Source: Euprymna scolopes
Taxonomy: Eukaryota
NCBI GenBank assembly: GCA_053919585.1
Contig: CM132786.1
Reading direction: 5' to 3' (one strand)
DNA length: 64,000 nt
Shown piece by piece: positions 1-12,899 of this stretch. The position numbers and the translations under genes were made by a program. Numbering within the stretch: position 1 is the stretch's first letter; each line of letters begins with the position of its first letter. The notes beneath the pieces were generated by a model, which saw nothing but the letters and a program-made list of their open reading frames with translations, did no database searches and had not been told where the DNA came from.

Positions 1-226
1 TATTTCTATTAAGGCAATTGTCTTGTTGCAGCTTGAAAATATGAAATGAAGCCCCAGATCATAATATTCTCGCATATCGGCTTCACTGCTTAAATATCAA
101 CGATCTTTGTTTCAGGGAAAATGGTTATGAATTGTCTTTTTTGTAAAAACTTTTATAATAATGTTTACTCAGCAGCTGTCAAATAAACGTCATGTTAATA
201 AGATATTTTGTTTATGTGCAGATGTA

Positions 227-1515
227 CGAGGGGCGTGAAATAATTATGCGCCTGACCCACTTCCCCTAGAAGTAGAGCAACGAAACTTGGCACAGTTATT
301 AGTCTTTCTCTACATAGGAACCACCCAGAGTTATGCATTTCTTCCATCGTTTAATACAGCTCTGGAGACCGTTTTTGTAGAACACCCTAGGTTGATCATC
401 CAACTACGACCTGACTTCAGAAAGCAAGACTTCGTCATCTGGGAAACGCTTTCCTTTCAAAAACAACTTCATAGCTGAGAAGAAGTGAAAGTCAGAGGGT
501 TCAAGGTCATAAGAGTAGGGAGGATGGGGAGGATTTCATAACCACACGCCCGTGCTTCTGATCTGGCGACATGTGAGTTGTGGACCGGAGCGTTGTCCTG
601 CAGGAGGAGGGTACCTTTACTGATCTTGCCCTGTCTCTTGATTTTGATAACTTTCTTTAATTTCCTCAAAAGTGAAGCATAATAGGTTCCTGTAATTGTT
701 GTACCCTTTACTAGGAAATCTGTCATCACTACTCCGTCTTAGTCCAAGAACACTGTGAGCATGACCTTGCCAGTAGAGGGCTGCACCCTTGCCTTCTTTG
801 GAGGGTGTGAGTCAAAGTGTAGCCACTGTATTGACTGGGCTTTGGTTTCTGGATCATAGTGATTGACCCAGGTTTCATCATGTGTAATCAGTCTTTGAAA
901 AACTTTGACTCATCTTCTTGGCACATTTCCAAATTCATCCTCGAGCACTCGACGCGTTCTCACTTCCGGAATGGTGTGAGCAACCTGGGAATCCACCTGG
1001 AAGACATTTTATGCATATACAAATGGTCATAAATGATAGTTTCCGCAGACCCTGTACTGATCCTGACATCTGGGGCTAGTTGGCGAATAGTAATGCGCCG
1101 ATCTTCCAAAATGACAGCCTCAACTTGACGGACAGATGCCTCATCAATGGCAGAAGGGGGCGACCAGGCCTGGGAGCTGTTTCCACAGACTTCCGGCCAT
1201 GTTTGAATTCACGATGCCAGCGTTTTACAAGGTCATATGCTGGAGCATTATCACCATAAGTTTCTTTCATTTCATCAAACGTCTCTAGTGGTGTGTGTCC
1301 TTTGCAATACAAAAACCGGATCACTGCTCGACATTCAACAGGCTCCATTTCACACCTGACTTTGTTCAAACACATGTAAAAGAGAAACCACAATTAGTGC
1401 AGAGCTGTAATTTGCCACATCACTCGTAGAGATATAAGTTATTGCACATGCAACATTTCAGCTAGATCAGACAACTGGGAGTGGGTCAGGGAAATTACTT
1501 ATTGCATGTCACTCG
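227..1515 (-). mobile_element. Full-length (1289 bp) mariner DNA transposon, irritans/Himar1-like, decayed
   Basis: Imperfect TIRs (left cgaggggcgtgaaataattatgcgcctgacccact; right reverse complement cgagtgacatgcaataagtaatttccctgacccact), TA on both sides (225-226, 1516-1517), canonical ~1.3 kb length. Confidence 0.92.
299..1348 (-). pseudogene. Mariner DD34D transposase pseudogene (stops and frameshifts)
   Basis: Motifs across frames: MEPVECRAVIRFLY (HTH), RWIPRLLT, THDETW, GKVMLTVF, LQDNAPVH, HPPYSYDLEPSDF, ending YVEKD*. ORFs 1076..1393 and 469..729 are pieces of it. Confidence 0.9.
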
Positions 1516-2488
1516 TATTTCAAATAAGATACATACAATTCGCACGGAATTTTGCATGAGACGCGCTTTTTAAATCTTTATATTTTATTATCGTTTAAAT
1601 GCCATTCATATCCACCACAGAAAAATAGTTTTGTTTTAAATATCATTCCATACTTATCGTAGATGTTCACATAGTTCCATTAAATCGAACATGAGAAACT
1701 ATGAATAATATAGCTAGAATACAAATACAATAGGGCCAATTTAATGTAGATACATTGATGGGAAATAATAGGATCTTATAAAGCATATATGCCGGGGAAC
1801 AAACTTTGTAGATATTAAGTCCTTAGGATTTTAAAATATTATAACACTAAAACCATTATCTTAAACTTAAAAGATGAAATTCTTTCGGGATGCATTCATA
1901 AACGTTGATTTAGGTTCGATAAATTTAAGCCACAATAAATCATAAACTTTTCTTATTACTAATCTATCTAAATTTTTTTTATTTATAACTTAATAACTAT
2001 TATTATAGTTTTATTACTGTTATTATTACTATCTCATCTGATATTTTACAATTATTTTCTATTTTATTTTACTATCCATTTTACTTTGAATTTATGTGTC
2101 TTTATTTTTATATCTATTAATTCTATAAATATTACAATTACTATTATCAATAATATTATAATTTAATTACTACCAATAATATTCATGGTTTCACTATTAT
2201 TGATTTTATTAATATTTAAAACGTAATATAAAAACTTTAAAACGTTATATAAAAACTAAGTACTTAGTGGATATTTCCCTTTCAAAATAAAATTTTTCTT
2301 TATTTTTCTATTTGAGTTGCATTGTTCAAAAACGGAAGGTATCTCCCTTTATAATTGAAATATTTAAGATAAATTCAAGTATAGTGTTTCCATCGATTAC
2401 AAACTGGTAATATTATTATGTTGGTGTTTCCTTTGACGTTTGTATATATCAATAATTTTCAAGTATTCATAAACTGCATTTAACACCC

Positions 2489-2545
2489 AATGAATGCATC
2501 GACGATGATACTTATGAGCTTTAAAGGCAGGCGGACCATTAAAAG

Positions 2546-2577
<32 letters not shown>

Positions 2578-2960
2578 TAGAAATATTCAAGATACCTTTA
2601 CTTTACTTTTTCACCCGATTTTATTTTATTTTATTTTTATTTCATCTTACTTTGTTTATCAACATTAAAATAAGTAACTATTTTCCTTTATATGTTAAAA
2701 ATTTTCCAGATACATCTGCCTTGCTGAAAACATGCTAGTTTTATTTTTAATGTCTTTAAACCCCCACCCACTATTTTTTGCTGAGGAGGAGACTTTGTTT
2801 CATAAAATCAAATGAAAAAAATTTTGTCCAAGACTTATTGTCTCTCAATAAAAAGTCGTTTCTGAAACGATCGTCCACTTTATTGATGTTGCTTGTTATA
2901 CATTGTGAAACCGATTTAGAAATTTTAATTTTAAATATATATAATCAATCATCGTACGCT
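2489..2960 (+). repeat. Dispersed repeat family copy 1 (related to 35460-35850 and 45420-45648), interrupted by (TA)n plus ~130 bp
   Basis: Shared blocks gatacatctg(c/t)ctt, ctga(g/t)gaggagact(t/c)tgtttc and gaaaccgattt seen in the other copies. Confidence 0.65.
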
Positions 2961-4739
2961 CTCTATATACTCAATCATACTATATATATATATATATATA
3001 TGGCACAAATGTGCATGTTTTATTGATACTGTAAATGTTTACTTATTTTTGATTTAAGATGACACAGCCAAGATGCTGCAATACTCAGTAACACATTTAA
3101 ATTTGTGGTCAATTCCTGTATTTAATTTAATTATTATTAATTTTATAATAGAGCTGCTATTCAGAAAAAAGTCGTAATTTTGGGATGATGATATAGGTAT
3201 AGCGGTGAATTTTACACCAAAATATGCTCGTTATCCACTATGCCACGGGTCAGTCTGCAAGGATCAAGTACTTGATAAAACCTAGTTTTTAGTTACAATC
3301 TTCTTGAGGCTCAATTCACAGTGCAGCTCAAAATACACTTTCAAATTACTTAAGAATTCTATTCCGCAAAAAACGCAGAGTAATGTTATCCGGACGATTT
3401 AATAAAGGCTAACGTACACAATTTCGTGTAGTTACCCGACTCAGAGAAAAAGATGCTCGAAATCGATAATATACACCCGATGGTGGCCGTTTACCTCGAA
3501 TAAAAGGTTGTTAAAATAGCACTCAGGATTAGAACAGGAGTCCGTAATAAATCTTCCACAGATTTTCCACAAGTATATGTGATAATCGAAATTTTATTTT
3601 ACTCAGTTTATTATGTTTTTTAGTTTTTGTTTAGGTATACTTGACGGTTTACTATTCTTTAAGAAGCCCCATAAACATTTGTTTAGTGCAAATCGTAAAA
3701 TCACTTAAACGCATTTTATGCTTCCCGGCAACTAATTGATGACAACCTGCTATTGTAAAATAGAATAAATGTTTGTATGATAATATTGCACTTTTTCAAA
3801 TTTATTATGAAAGTAAGAGACGCATGGACCGTTCAACTAAGTAACACTATTTCTTTTTTAAAATCAGTATGTGTTTTTTATATGGCTGAATATTAAGTTC
3901 TACTTGAAATTGATTCAGCGCAACAAGCATTTTTCATAAGTTGAATGGCTTTTGATAAAAGTTAAATCTTCTAACGTTGCCTATATCTTAATCTTTCTCT
4001 ATATATATTGATTTGTTTTGGTGTTTTTTCATTACTCTTGTGTATCAAAGAATTACTTGTCTAAACACATAGATGCTAAATAAAGATGATGATTAACTAA
4101 ACGTCCACTGTTTACTTTCTTGCGAAATGACAAGCTGCAATTCCCAATACTACAACAAGCAATATGTTTACCTTATTAATTAAATACGCACATTATCAAA
4201 TTTGAAGTAAAAGTTCTGTGGCATAAAAGGGTCGCTAGTCGGATAACTATTAACAACCAAGGGATTTGAGAATAAAAGTTCTACAATGCTATGTACAAAG
4301 CAGTACGCCATTTTTGTTATCAATGCCAAATATTACATAGAACAATGAGCAAAGGATACTTTAATAAAATAACACATACGTAACATCAGTTCATGCCTGG
4401 AAAATAATAATGATCACTCAGGTCTTCTGAATGATATTTTTATTAAAATTAAATAAGCGGACTACATAACTAAGGAACCAATGTAATACCTGTTTTGATT
4501 CTTCACTGTTCTCACGCAATTAAATATGTATCCTTTGCTACTGAGGCAATTTGTCTTTTTGTCTCAATTTTTTTTTCCCTAGGTGTATTTCTCCATATCA
4601 TAAGCCTTCCGTGTAACTCTGGTCTTCCAGGGAGGAAAATGCTATTTTGTGTGGAATATGGATGAATTATTACATGCAACGGAATTGCATTAGTTTGGTG
4701 TTTAATGTGAATGTGTCTTAATTTAATTTAGTGAAAGAC

Positions 4740-4991
4740 AAATTCCAAAGTTTTTTCGACTCTGATATAATTACAGGTACTGATTTCTTTTCCCAATCAT
4801 TATACACTCTTCGGTTCCAATTTATTTTAATTTCTAAATAGTTAATAATCGATTTATTGACTTTTTTTATTTCTGAGTTACTGGAAAACTCCTTCCAAGT
4901 GATCCACTCATTAATCGTCCCATTAGTATCCTCACTTTCCACGCCAAAATATTTGACTCTTTAATCAATCAAACACTAGTACACCACCTTA
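4740..4991 (+). mobile_element. CR1/L2-group LINE RT fragment, 5' part (continues at 9276)
   Basis: Translates NRPISILTFHAKIFDSLINQTLVHHL, matching the LINE RT NYRPISL..SKIFE motif; joins in frame to 9276. Confidence 0.7.
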
Positions 4992-5669
4992 TCTATATAT
5001 CTATAAACCTGAAATTTTCTGTGTGCGTGTCTGTATGTATGTCTGTGTGTGTACATTTCCCTTCCAAACTACTCTGTCAATATTCAGTATATATTCTTTT
5101 TAATCGGTTTTCGGTCAGAAATTTTGCGATCAAGGGGTCAACGTTAAAGGAATTTTTATTTACAAATTCTACAAACTTCTCCGCCAATTTTAGGTCTAAA
5201 CAATTTAAAATTTAGATATAGGATCCTTGGGCATGGGTCACACTTTTTAATTTAATTAGAGTCCAAAACAATAAATGTTGAGGGGTATTTAACTGGGGTC
5301 AACGTTAAAAATGTTTACCAGTTTTTGGTTTACACATTTCAAATTTTACATGAAGTGTATTAAGAGATGGGACAAAGTTTTACACGTTTTATGGCCGAGA
5401 ATTTGGCTACCAACCAGTCAAGGTTCAAAATGTTTGACCTTTGCGGTCTCTATCAAACTATCAGCATATATTTGGTCAAAATATTTTAAATTTTACATCA
5501 AAGGCATTTAGACATACATCGAGCTTTGTAATCAGTCTTTGGATGAGAATTTGGTTGCCAAGGTTCGAAGTTGACAGAGTTGACATTTGAAGACTCTACA
5601 ACTCAGCCCCGCCAATTTCGAGCTAGACATTTAAATTTTAGATGTAGGTTACCTGGACATGAGTCAAAC

Positions 5670-5720
<51 letters not shown>

Positions 5721-5723
<3 letters not shown>

Positions 5724-7379
5724 TACAATTAAAATTACCAAAATGATCCAAGATGGTAAAACTAAACTATATTATAAATATTAAAGAATTAATATTCATA
5801 AAGTAATCTCAGCCAGATGTGAAAGCTCGATAAAACCAAACAGGAAATAGAGCTTATAATAAGATTCACCCCAATGATCATAAACCTAATTTCTATGATA
5901 ACCCCTCAATCAGATTGATCTGCCCATCTGACTCTGACTTAGGTGTTGTAAGCAAAAATATCTTAGATAGAATCATCCCTTCTATTAATGAAAAAGTAAG
6001 TTTTCCTCTTTGGCTAAATTCAGATTCCGCGATTAATTGGTTTGTTTCCCTTAAAAATAAACACCTCCTTTACTTCATAACCTTGACATCCAAAATTATT
6101 ATCAATCAATTTCTCCGATCCTTTTAAATAAGGCTGTAATCTTTGCTAAAAGAAATTTTGACTTAACTAATTTAGAAATTAAATTAATTCCCCGAGCGAG
6201 AAAGTCCCTTATACAAATTAACAATAAGTTTTGGACTCGAAAGTACGCCCCTGATAATTTTGACATCATGATGGGTCCTTCTGACTCTGCAGAAGTTACC
6301 GCTTTAGTGGGACTCTTCTTACTGAAAGAACTTAAATACCATTTTAAACATATCAAGGGGGGCTTTATAGAGATGATGCCTTTTTTACTACAGCAGCCAG
6401 GCCAAGAGAGTACAACAATACAATTAAAAACTGACATAGCTTCTTTAATTACTTTGGCCTTTCTATAATTATCGAACCAAACAAAAAAATCTTCAAATTT
6501 TCTAGATGCTACCCTTAATCTTAACACTGAAACTCATAGCCCCTATCATAAACCCAACCTTACGCTTTTATACATCCATAAATCTTCTAACCACCCCAAC
6601 TCAATTATAAAATCTATAGTACCATCCCTCTCTAGAAGAATTTCTGCTCTTTCTGCTAATAAAAAACCGTTTAATCAAGATGCTAGTTTCTTCAATAAGA
6701 CCTTATGGAACTCAGGACACAAGGAAAAGATTAAATACAACAATTATGCTCCTCCTGCGGGCCGCCTTAAATCTGTAATCACACACAATATGACTCGTAA
6801 GAAACCAGCTCAAATAACAAGATCTTCGGCTATCAATAACAATGAACCAGTCTACATATATAATCCAAACCAAAATGATAATCATAATACCTCTAACCCA
6901 CCCAGTCGCATCAGGAGAAAGAAAATATTTGGTTTAATCCTCCATGTAGCGTAAATGTCAAAATTAATATACCTAAGGAATTCTTCAACATTGTACACAT
7001 CTCTTTCAAATACCCACACAGATATAGTTCTATTTTAAATAAAAATTCAATCAGGATTTTTTATTCAACAATGTCTAATTTAGGACAAAGAATCTTAACT
7101 TCTAATTACAAAAAAATTAAATCAGCCCCCCAAATCCCTTCCTCAATTAAACCCAAAACTAAATTTAATTGTAATAACACACATCTTGCCCACTCAATAA
7201 TGATTGCATCCATAAAGATGTTATATATTCATGCACAATTACCGAGCTCCCACGCAATCCTCCATAACAGACACTAATATTCCGTCTTTAAGTTATCCTT
7301 CTTCCCACCCTCCATCTGATATAGTTACCAATCCAATATACCACTCGAGCAGCCCCTCCATCTACATCATACAACTAGA

Positions 7380-7424
<45 letters not shown>

Positions 7425-8129
7425 AATAATAAAATTTCTCCTAACAGCCATCCTAACACTAGCAACACTCATTATCCTCTCCAAAATAGTCCTTTTCAAT
7501 CATTGTCTCACCCTTTGATTAACACTGTGAACAAAATTCCAACTATTTAACTAATACAAGTCAGCAATATTAATATCAGACCTTACGCTTTTAATCAAGT
7601 ACATACATATATCGGCGCTACTTCAATATTAATTAAGAAAAGAATATCAAACCACATTTCTTCTTTTGACAACCATAATTCTAATAATAACCAAGGAACT
7701 TCTCTAACAACTTTAATTAAAACAACTTAACTCTAATAATACCCTCTACTCAATCAAATGGACTTTCATAAACAAGTTTATACTCAAGGCTCTAAGTCAT
7801 GTCGCCTCTGCACAACCGAAGCTATAACTATAATTACTTCCCCTCAAAGTAGCAATATAATAAATTCTAAAAACGAACTGATCTCTTTCTGTAAACATGA
7901 GTCCAAATTTAATTATGGTAATTTTGAAATTACATAGTTATCACTTCAAATTTTCAGATAGATATATAATTTTTCTTTAACATTATAGTTTTTCTACACA
8001 AGTTCTTAATACTTTATAACTTAATAATCCTTTATTTTAATTCTTTATTTCTACTTTTTTATCTGCAATTTCCGTTTTAGTCTTTAAATGTTCCTATCTA
8101 ATATATTAATCAACCCACACATTCATATC

Positions 8130-8204
<75 letters not shown>

Positions 8205-9139
8205 TATTTGCTTATATTTTACTATATGCATTTACTTATGTGCTCTCGTGCTTTATCCGGAATTTGCAGATACGGGCCATTCTCTTCCTTTAAAAAACAT
8301 TTATTTTTTTATTTTATATTTTATTTTTTATTCATTTTATTTATTTATTTATTTATTTATTAATTATTTTTTCCCATTTAGTGTCTTTTACCAACTCTTG
8401 CTGACATTTACTTAAGTAATAACCTGTACATTTACGTTGACCTATTTTTGCCCTAAATTTTTCGCGCCATTTAACATCATTTTTTCTGAGTCATTTTGAT
8501 ATTTGCTTTTCTATTTTCTATTTAATTCTATCACCATTTAATTTTTCTCTCTCTTTTCTGTTCTTCTTCACTGCTTTTTCTCTTCTTCTTCACTGATTTT
8601 TCTTAATTACATTTTGTCTCTGCAGCCGTGTCAAACGCATATCTTATTTTTCTTTTATTAATATTATTCGAATTTTTCCCCTTTTTCTTGTACATATTTG
8701 TGAATTATTCCATGGATTTCGCCTTTTTGGATTATTTTGGACCACCTTCTAATTACGTGATTTCCTTGGATTTTACTTGTGCGTATGAAAATTCAATTAA
8801 CTTACTTGGATTTATATTTTTGGAGTTTACCCTCATTGGATAATTTACCTTTCACCAGAGTATCCATTCCCGCGAGGTCACCTTTTTTTCACCATGTTCC
8901 CTCTGCTTTACTTTTTGTCATCAAGTAAGATCTTTGACTTATTTGTAGTTTCATCAAATACTTTTGTATGCAAAATACGATCCCACATTTTCTGATTCAT
9001 ACCCTATGATGAGAAGGAAAGTATTTCTTCGAAACTCCCCGGATTAAGGACTATCCACTTATTAAGTGTTTCCTTTTCCGATAGAATATGTTTGATCTCT
9101 TTTCCAAAGTGTGTTAATATGTTTCATTACCTATTTGCT

Positions 9140-9141
<2 letters not shown>
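5721..9141 (+). mobile_element. Penelope-like retroelement (RT plus C-terminal GIY-YIG), 5'-truncated, decayed, inserted in (TA)n
   Basis: Motifs DHKPNF..RLICP, MGPSDSAEV, LYRDD (6363-6377), FLDATL..PYHKP..YIHKSSNHP, WFNPP, VIYSC...YIGAT..KKRISNH, KW, CRLCTTE..CKH; coding ends ~7938; (TA)n on both flanks. Confidence 0.85.
9002..9050 (+). ncRNA. Degenerate minimal hammerhead ribozyme-like motif in the Penelope 3' region
   Basis: (A)TGATGA, 7-bp stem II gaaggaa/tttcttc, GAAA, short stem III, TTA, short stem I cct/agg; core C3 is substituted. Confidence 0.5.
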
Positions 9142-9223
<82 letters not shown>

Positions 9224-9275
9224 TAAAGTTATGCACGGTACATAGGCCCCGAGCAAAGCTGGGCGTAACTGCTAG

Positions 9276-9570
9276 TAGATAATAAACTTCTTTCCTAATT
9301 TAGATATCTCCACTGTAATCTCCGAATATATACACGCACAAGATAAGGTCTAGAGTATCAGCCATATGTATATCTAAAATATTTGACAAGGTTTGGCATG
9401 ATAGTCTTCTCATGAAAATTTAATCACATGGTAATGTTGAACGAATACATAACATCATTAAATTTTTTCTTTGATAAGAGACAATTAAGAATGTCCTTAA
9501 TACTCATGCGTCAAAACAACATGATATAAAGTCGGGGGCGCCACAAGAGTCGATCTCTGTATCTTATTAT
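9276..9570 (+). mobile_element. CR1/L2-group LINE RT fragment, 3' part
   Basis: DISTVISE, ISKIFDKVWHDSLLMKI, GAPQES; closely parallels DILTVISE..ISKAFDRVWHEG of the 61647-62958 LINE. Confidence 0.75.
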
Positions 9571-9699
9571 TCCTGATATTTATAAATGACCTCTGTTATA
9601 AAATTGTTTCTATGATTGGGCTGTATAACATACTTGAGGGGAAACTTAATGAGCGCATATCTATAGAGAGTATATATCTTAGAAGATTCGTTGTAGCAC

Positions 9700-10000
9700 A
9701 ATAAGATTATGCTACGATTAAATGAGTTCTTCCCCTTAAAATCGCTTATCTTTATAATATAAATTAATAACAGAAACACGGGAACACAGATTGTCTAGTA
9801 AATAAATATTTATCGGTATTATGTGATTATTTAAAAATAATTTCCCATAATTTGTAAATACTGCATTAGTATGAAATGCTTGTTTTCGTGTGTATTTGTT
9901 GTCGATTTGCAATTTTTTAAAATTTTGTTGTGTGAGAAAGTAAGTTATCTTTGCTGTCCCCAAACGAAAAACACAATTCTCCTTTTGTAAATGCCATTAG
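9700..10000 (-). mobile_element. Possible very decayed Helitron helicase C-terminus
   Basis: ORF 9736..9963 has FKKLQ and CSRV..NLY in the order of the Pif1-like FKRLQFP...YVACSRV motifs; heavily degenerate. Confidence 0.3.
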
Positions 10001-11315
10001 AACTTAATGGGAAGAATAAATAAAACAACAGAAAATAATTTTCACAATAAAATGTGAAACTGCTTCAGAAAGTGTTTTAAGAACATGGAAACATTTTTTA
10101 AATCTTTAACCATGTTAAATTTTTGATAAATATTTTATCATCCAAAGTTATAAAAACACGCATTTTTCCTAATACTAACCCGAAGTCTGTGTGTAAATAT
10201 ATCAGATAAAACGATTATATGTGTTTTAACGACATTGCCGGTTAGAGTAAGGGTTAGTTGTAATAAAAAATAATTTACCCCTCTATAAGTTAGAATAGTC
10301 CTGAAAAAGGGTCTGATTCAGGCTAAATTTATATGTGCAATTAACTTCAACCCTTAATTTTTGAAGACGTATTTATATTATTATTGCATTAAAACGTATT
10401 GACAATGCAACATTTCTTTTTTAGGGACATATATACTATCTTTGTCTAATTTTACAGCATTCTAAATGTTTTTTCTTTATATCTAAGATTTCATTGATTA
10501 ATTGCGAGATTTTTCACCTATAATTTTTGTTTAGGCTATTTTTCTATAAATATACTTGTGTCGTTATTATAACTTTAAAAGGTATTTAAGAATTTGGTTT
10601 TGTATTCGGAAAGAAAAATGCATAAAAGTTCTAAACACTATTCTCCACAGAAAATATAAACAATGTGCATTATTTTCTACCCACAAAAAGAAAATTCATT
10701 GAAAATTAAAGTATGTCACCGCCCAGTCAATAATCTCAATGCGGACCATTGACATGCGGTAAAGACTGCTCATACTACATAAAAGCCTGACTTGTGACAG
10801 AATTGGACAAAATAGTTTTCTTCATACCGCAAAAGTCAAATTCTAAATTCAAGTACGACACACTAGAACAAAAGACGATAAAACATATATTTTATATGCT
10901 GGTGAAAATATTAAATGAAAACGAAGTTATTGTTAGATTTTGAATCAAACTTATCAATCACATATTTTGATACATGAAAAATATTAAAGAATGTTTCCTT
11001 GCTTTAATTTTGCGAAAAAAAGGAAAACGACTACTTGCTCGAAAATAATATTTGAAGGTAAATTAATCACTACTGTTAGATTTAATATTATGAAATATAT
11101 ATTAAATAGATTCGTGTGAAAAATACAGATACTTGTTTTTGACTAGACTGAATGCAACGATTCAATTTGCAGGATTTATATAGGAATACGTTTAAAAAAA
11201 AGATATAGAAGAAAATCCCTCGTCAGAAGTTGAAGAAAGCTTCCTTGAATTCTTCGTGGCCAGCCAGAAAAAAATATACAATAATGTCAGCTAGATTTAA
11301 CCACAATAATAGTAA

Positions 11316-11870
11316 CTAGATGTACCCGCCGGGGAACTCCTTGCCGTGCCCGGGTCTCATTGACGCGAGTATTAAAGACACACGCGCAAAACACACACAC
11401 ACACGCATACACAAGCACACACGCACATACATAATTAAGCCCAAACCCAATAAACAAATACGAGAAAACACACGCACACACAGAAAACACACACGCATAT
11501 ACAAACAGAAACGCAAACACACACAGAAACATACACCAAAAAATTCACATGCACAAAACACATACATACACGGACATGCACACACACACATACACACACG
11601 CAAACAAGCACAAGCACAGGAACGCGTACTCACACACATGCGCAAAAACACACACACGCACACACACAGACGCGCAAAAATTACATGGATGCACACACAC
11701 GCACGCACAAACTCACGCAAACAGAAAAAACACACACGCACACACAAAATAAGCACAAACACGTATGCACTCGCACAAATGCAGAAACACACTGACACAT
11801 ATGTACACGTACAACCAAACTCAACCACACACACACAGACAAACACACGCACACATACAAATAGTAAGGA
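11316..11870 (-). repeat. Degenerate (CA)n-rich tract attached to a Helitron-like 3' end
   Basis: CTAG at 11316-11319 next to a GC-rich imperfect hairpin (cccgccggggaactccttgccgtgcccggg), followed by ~500 bp of CA-rich sequence. Confidence 0.6.
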
Positions 11871-12899
11871 TTATATAGTTAAAAATCTGTAAAATCACAT
11901 AGAAGTTCACATAATGTCATATACTGTTATGATTAGATGTTAAAGTCAAGCATTTTAGTTAACTGTGTAAAGAAAAAAACCAAAGAAAATAGCATTGTTG
12001 AGTGTCTGGTAAGAAGAATTAAAGTAAGAAAAGAAACAATGCTTACCGTAAATGTTATTTTTTCAGGGAGTGTGTATTTTGAGTAGCTACTGGAAAGAAT
12101 TTAAAGTGAAAAAAAAACATTAAATGTAAAGTGAACTAGCCGTTAAAAACAAACTAAAGTAATAAAAAAGCTAGCATCGTTGACTGTTTGGTACGGAGAA
12201 TCTAAGTAAAAATAAACAAACAATGCCAACCATAAATGTTAATTCTGTTTGTATTAGGGATGTTTTTTAAGGGGGTTGGTTTCGTGGATACAATGTCTGG
12301 TAGCTTACGGTAAGGGTATTAATACGTAAAATTACGATTATGAGAGGTTAAGATTTTTTGTAGTTGGTTTACTATTTATAAAACGATTGCTTCGTGTAGA
12401 GTGAGACGTCATGTTTGTGAATGTCTGACGCGTTAGATTTTTGTAATAAATTATTTATTTCCGAATAATGAATATGCCAGTTCTAGGCTAATGAGAATAG
12501 CCGGAAATTTCGAAGGGATAAATTATTTTGTAATCTGTAACTGGAAAGATAATGTTATGTATATGAGTGTATGAACTAGTTACGAAGGGTGCCAGGTAAA
12601 TAGTTATAAGGTGTGTATATAATACCGGTCATGAGTGAGGACGGTAGGAGAACTGCAGATTTCGAAGGAAAATAGTAACTAGCTCGTCAAAAGATGTTAC
12701 GATTATCATGATGTTTTCCATAGCATGTAATGTAGTATTTTATTATAACGACCAAATGTGTCTAAAATGGCTTGCTAAAGTTATATAAAATAGTGGCTAA
12801 AAATCTAGACATAATAAATTAGTTAATCCACGGTATTTTGGTACATGGGGGAATATCTGTCATCATTTTATTATATTGTAGATAGTAATACGCAATCAG

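Larger units (their letters stand above)
4992..9275 (+). mobile_element. Non-autonomous Helitron (4992-~5675 plus ~9219-9275), split by a Penelope-like element
   Basis: 5' TC(TATATA) start after A, GTCT-like microsatellite, ~140 bp internal repeats, 3' hairpin ccccgagcaaagctggg then CTAG before T, no TSD; homologous to 42129-42532. Confidence 0.75.

Noticed and set aside
3050-3620. Possible Tc1/mariner C-terminal relic (QDAA, DGGR)
   Set aside because: Too degenerate to support; no TIR pair identified.
10680-10920. Possible plus-strand Helitron helicase tail
   Set aside because: Only a faint NKSQG-like match that needs several frameshifts.
11287-11892. Long H/T-rich and C/V-rich ORFs (178-190 aa)
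   Set aside because: Artefacts of a stop-poor (CA)n-like tract, open on both strands.
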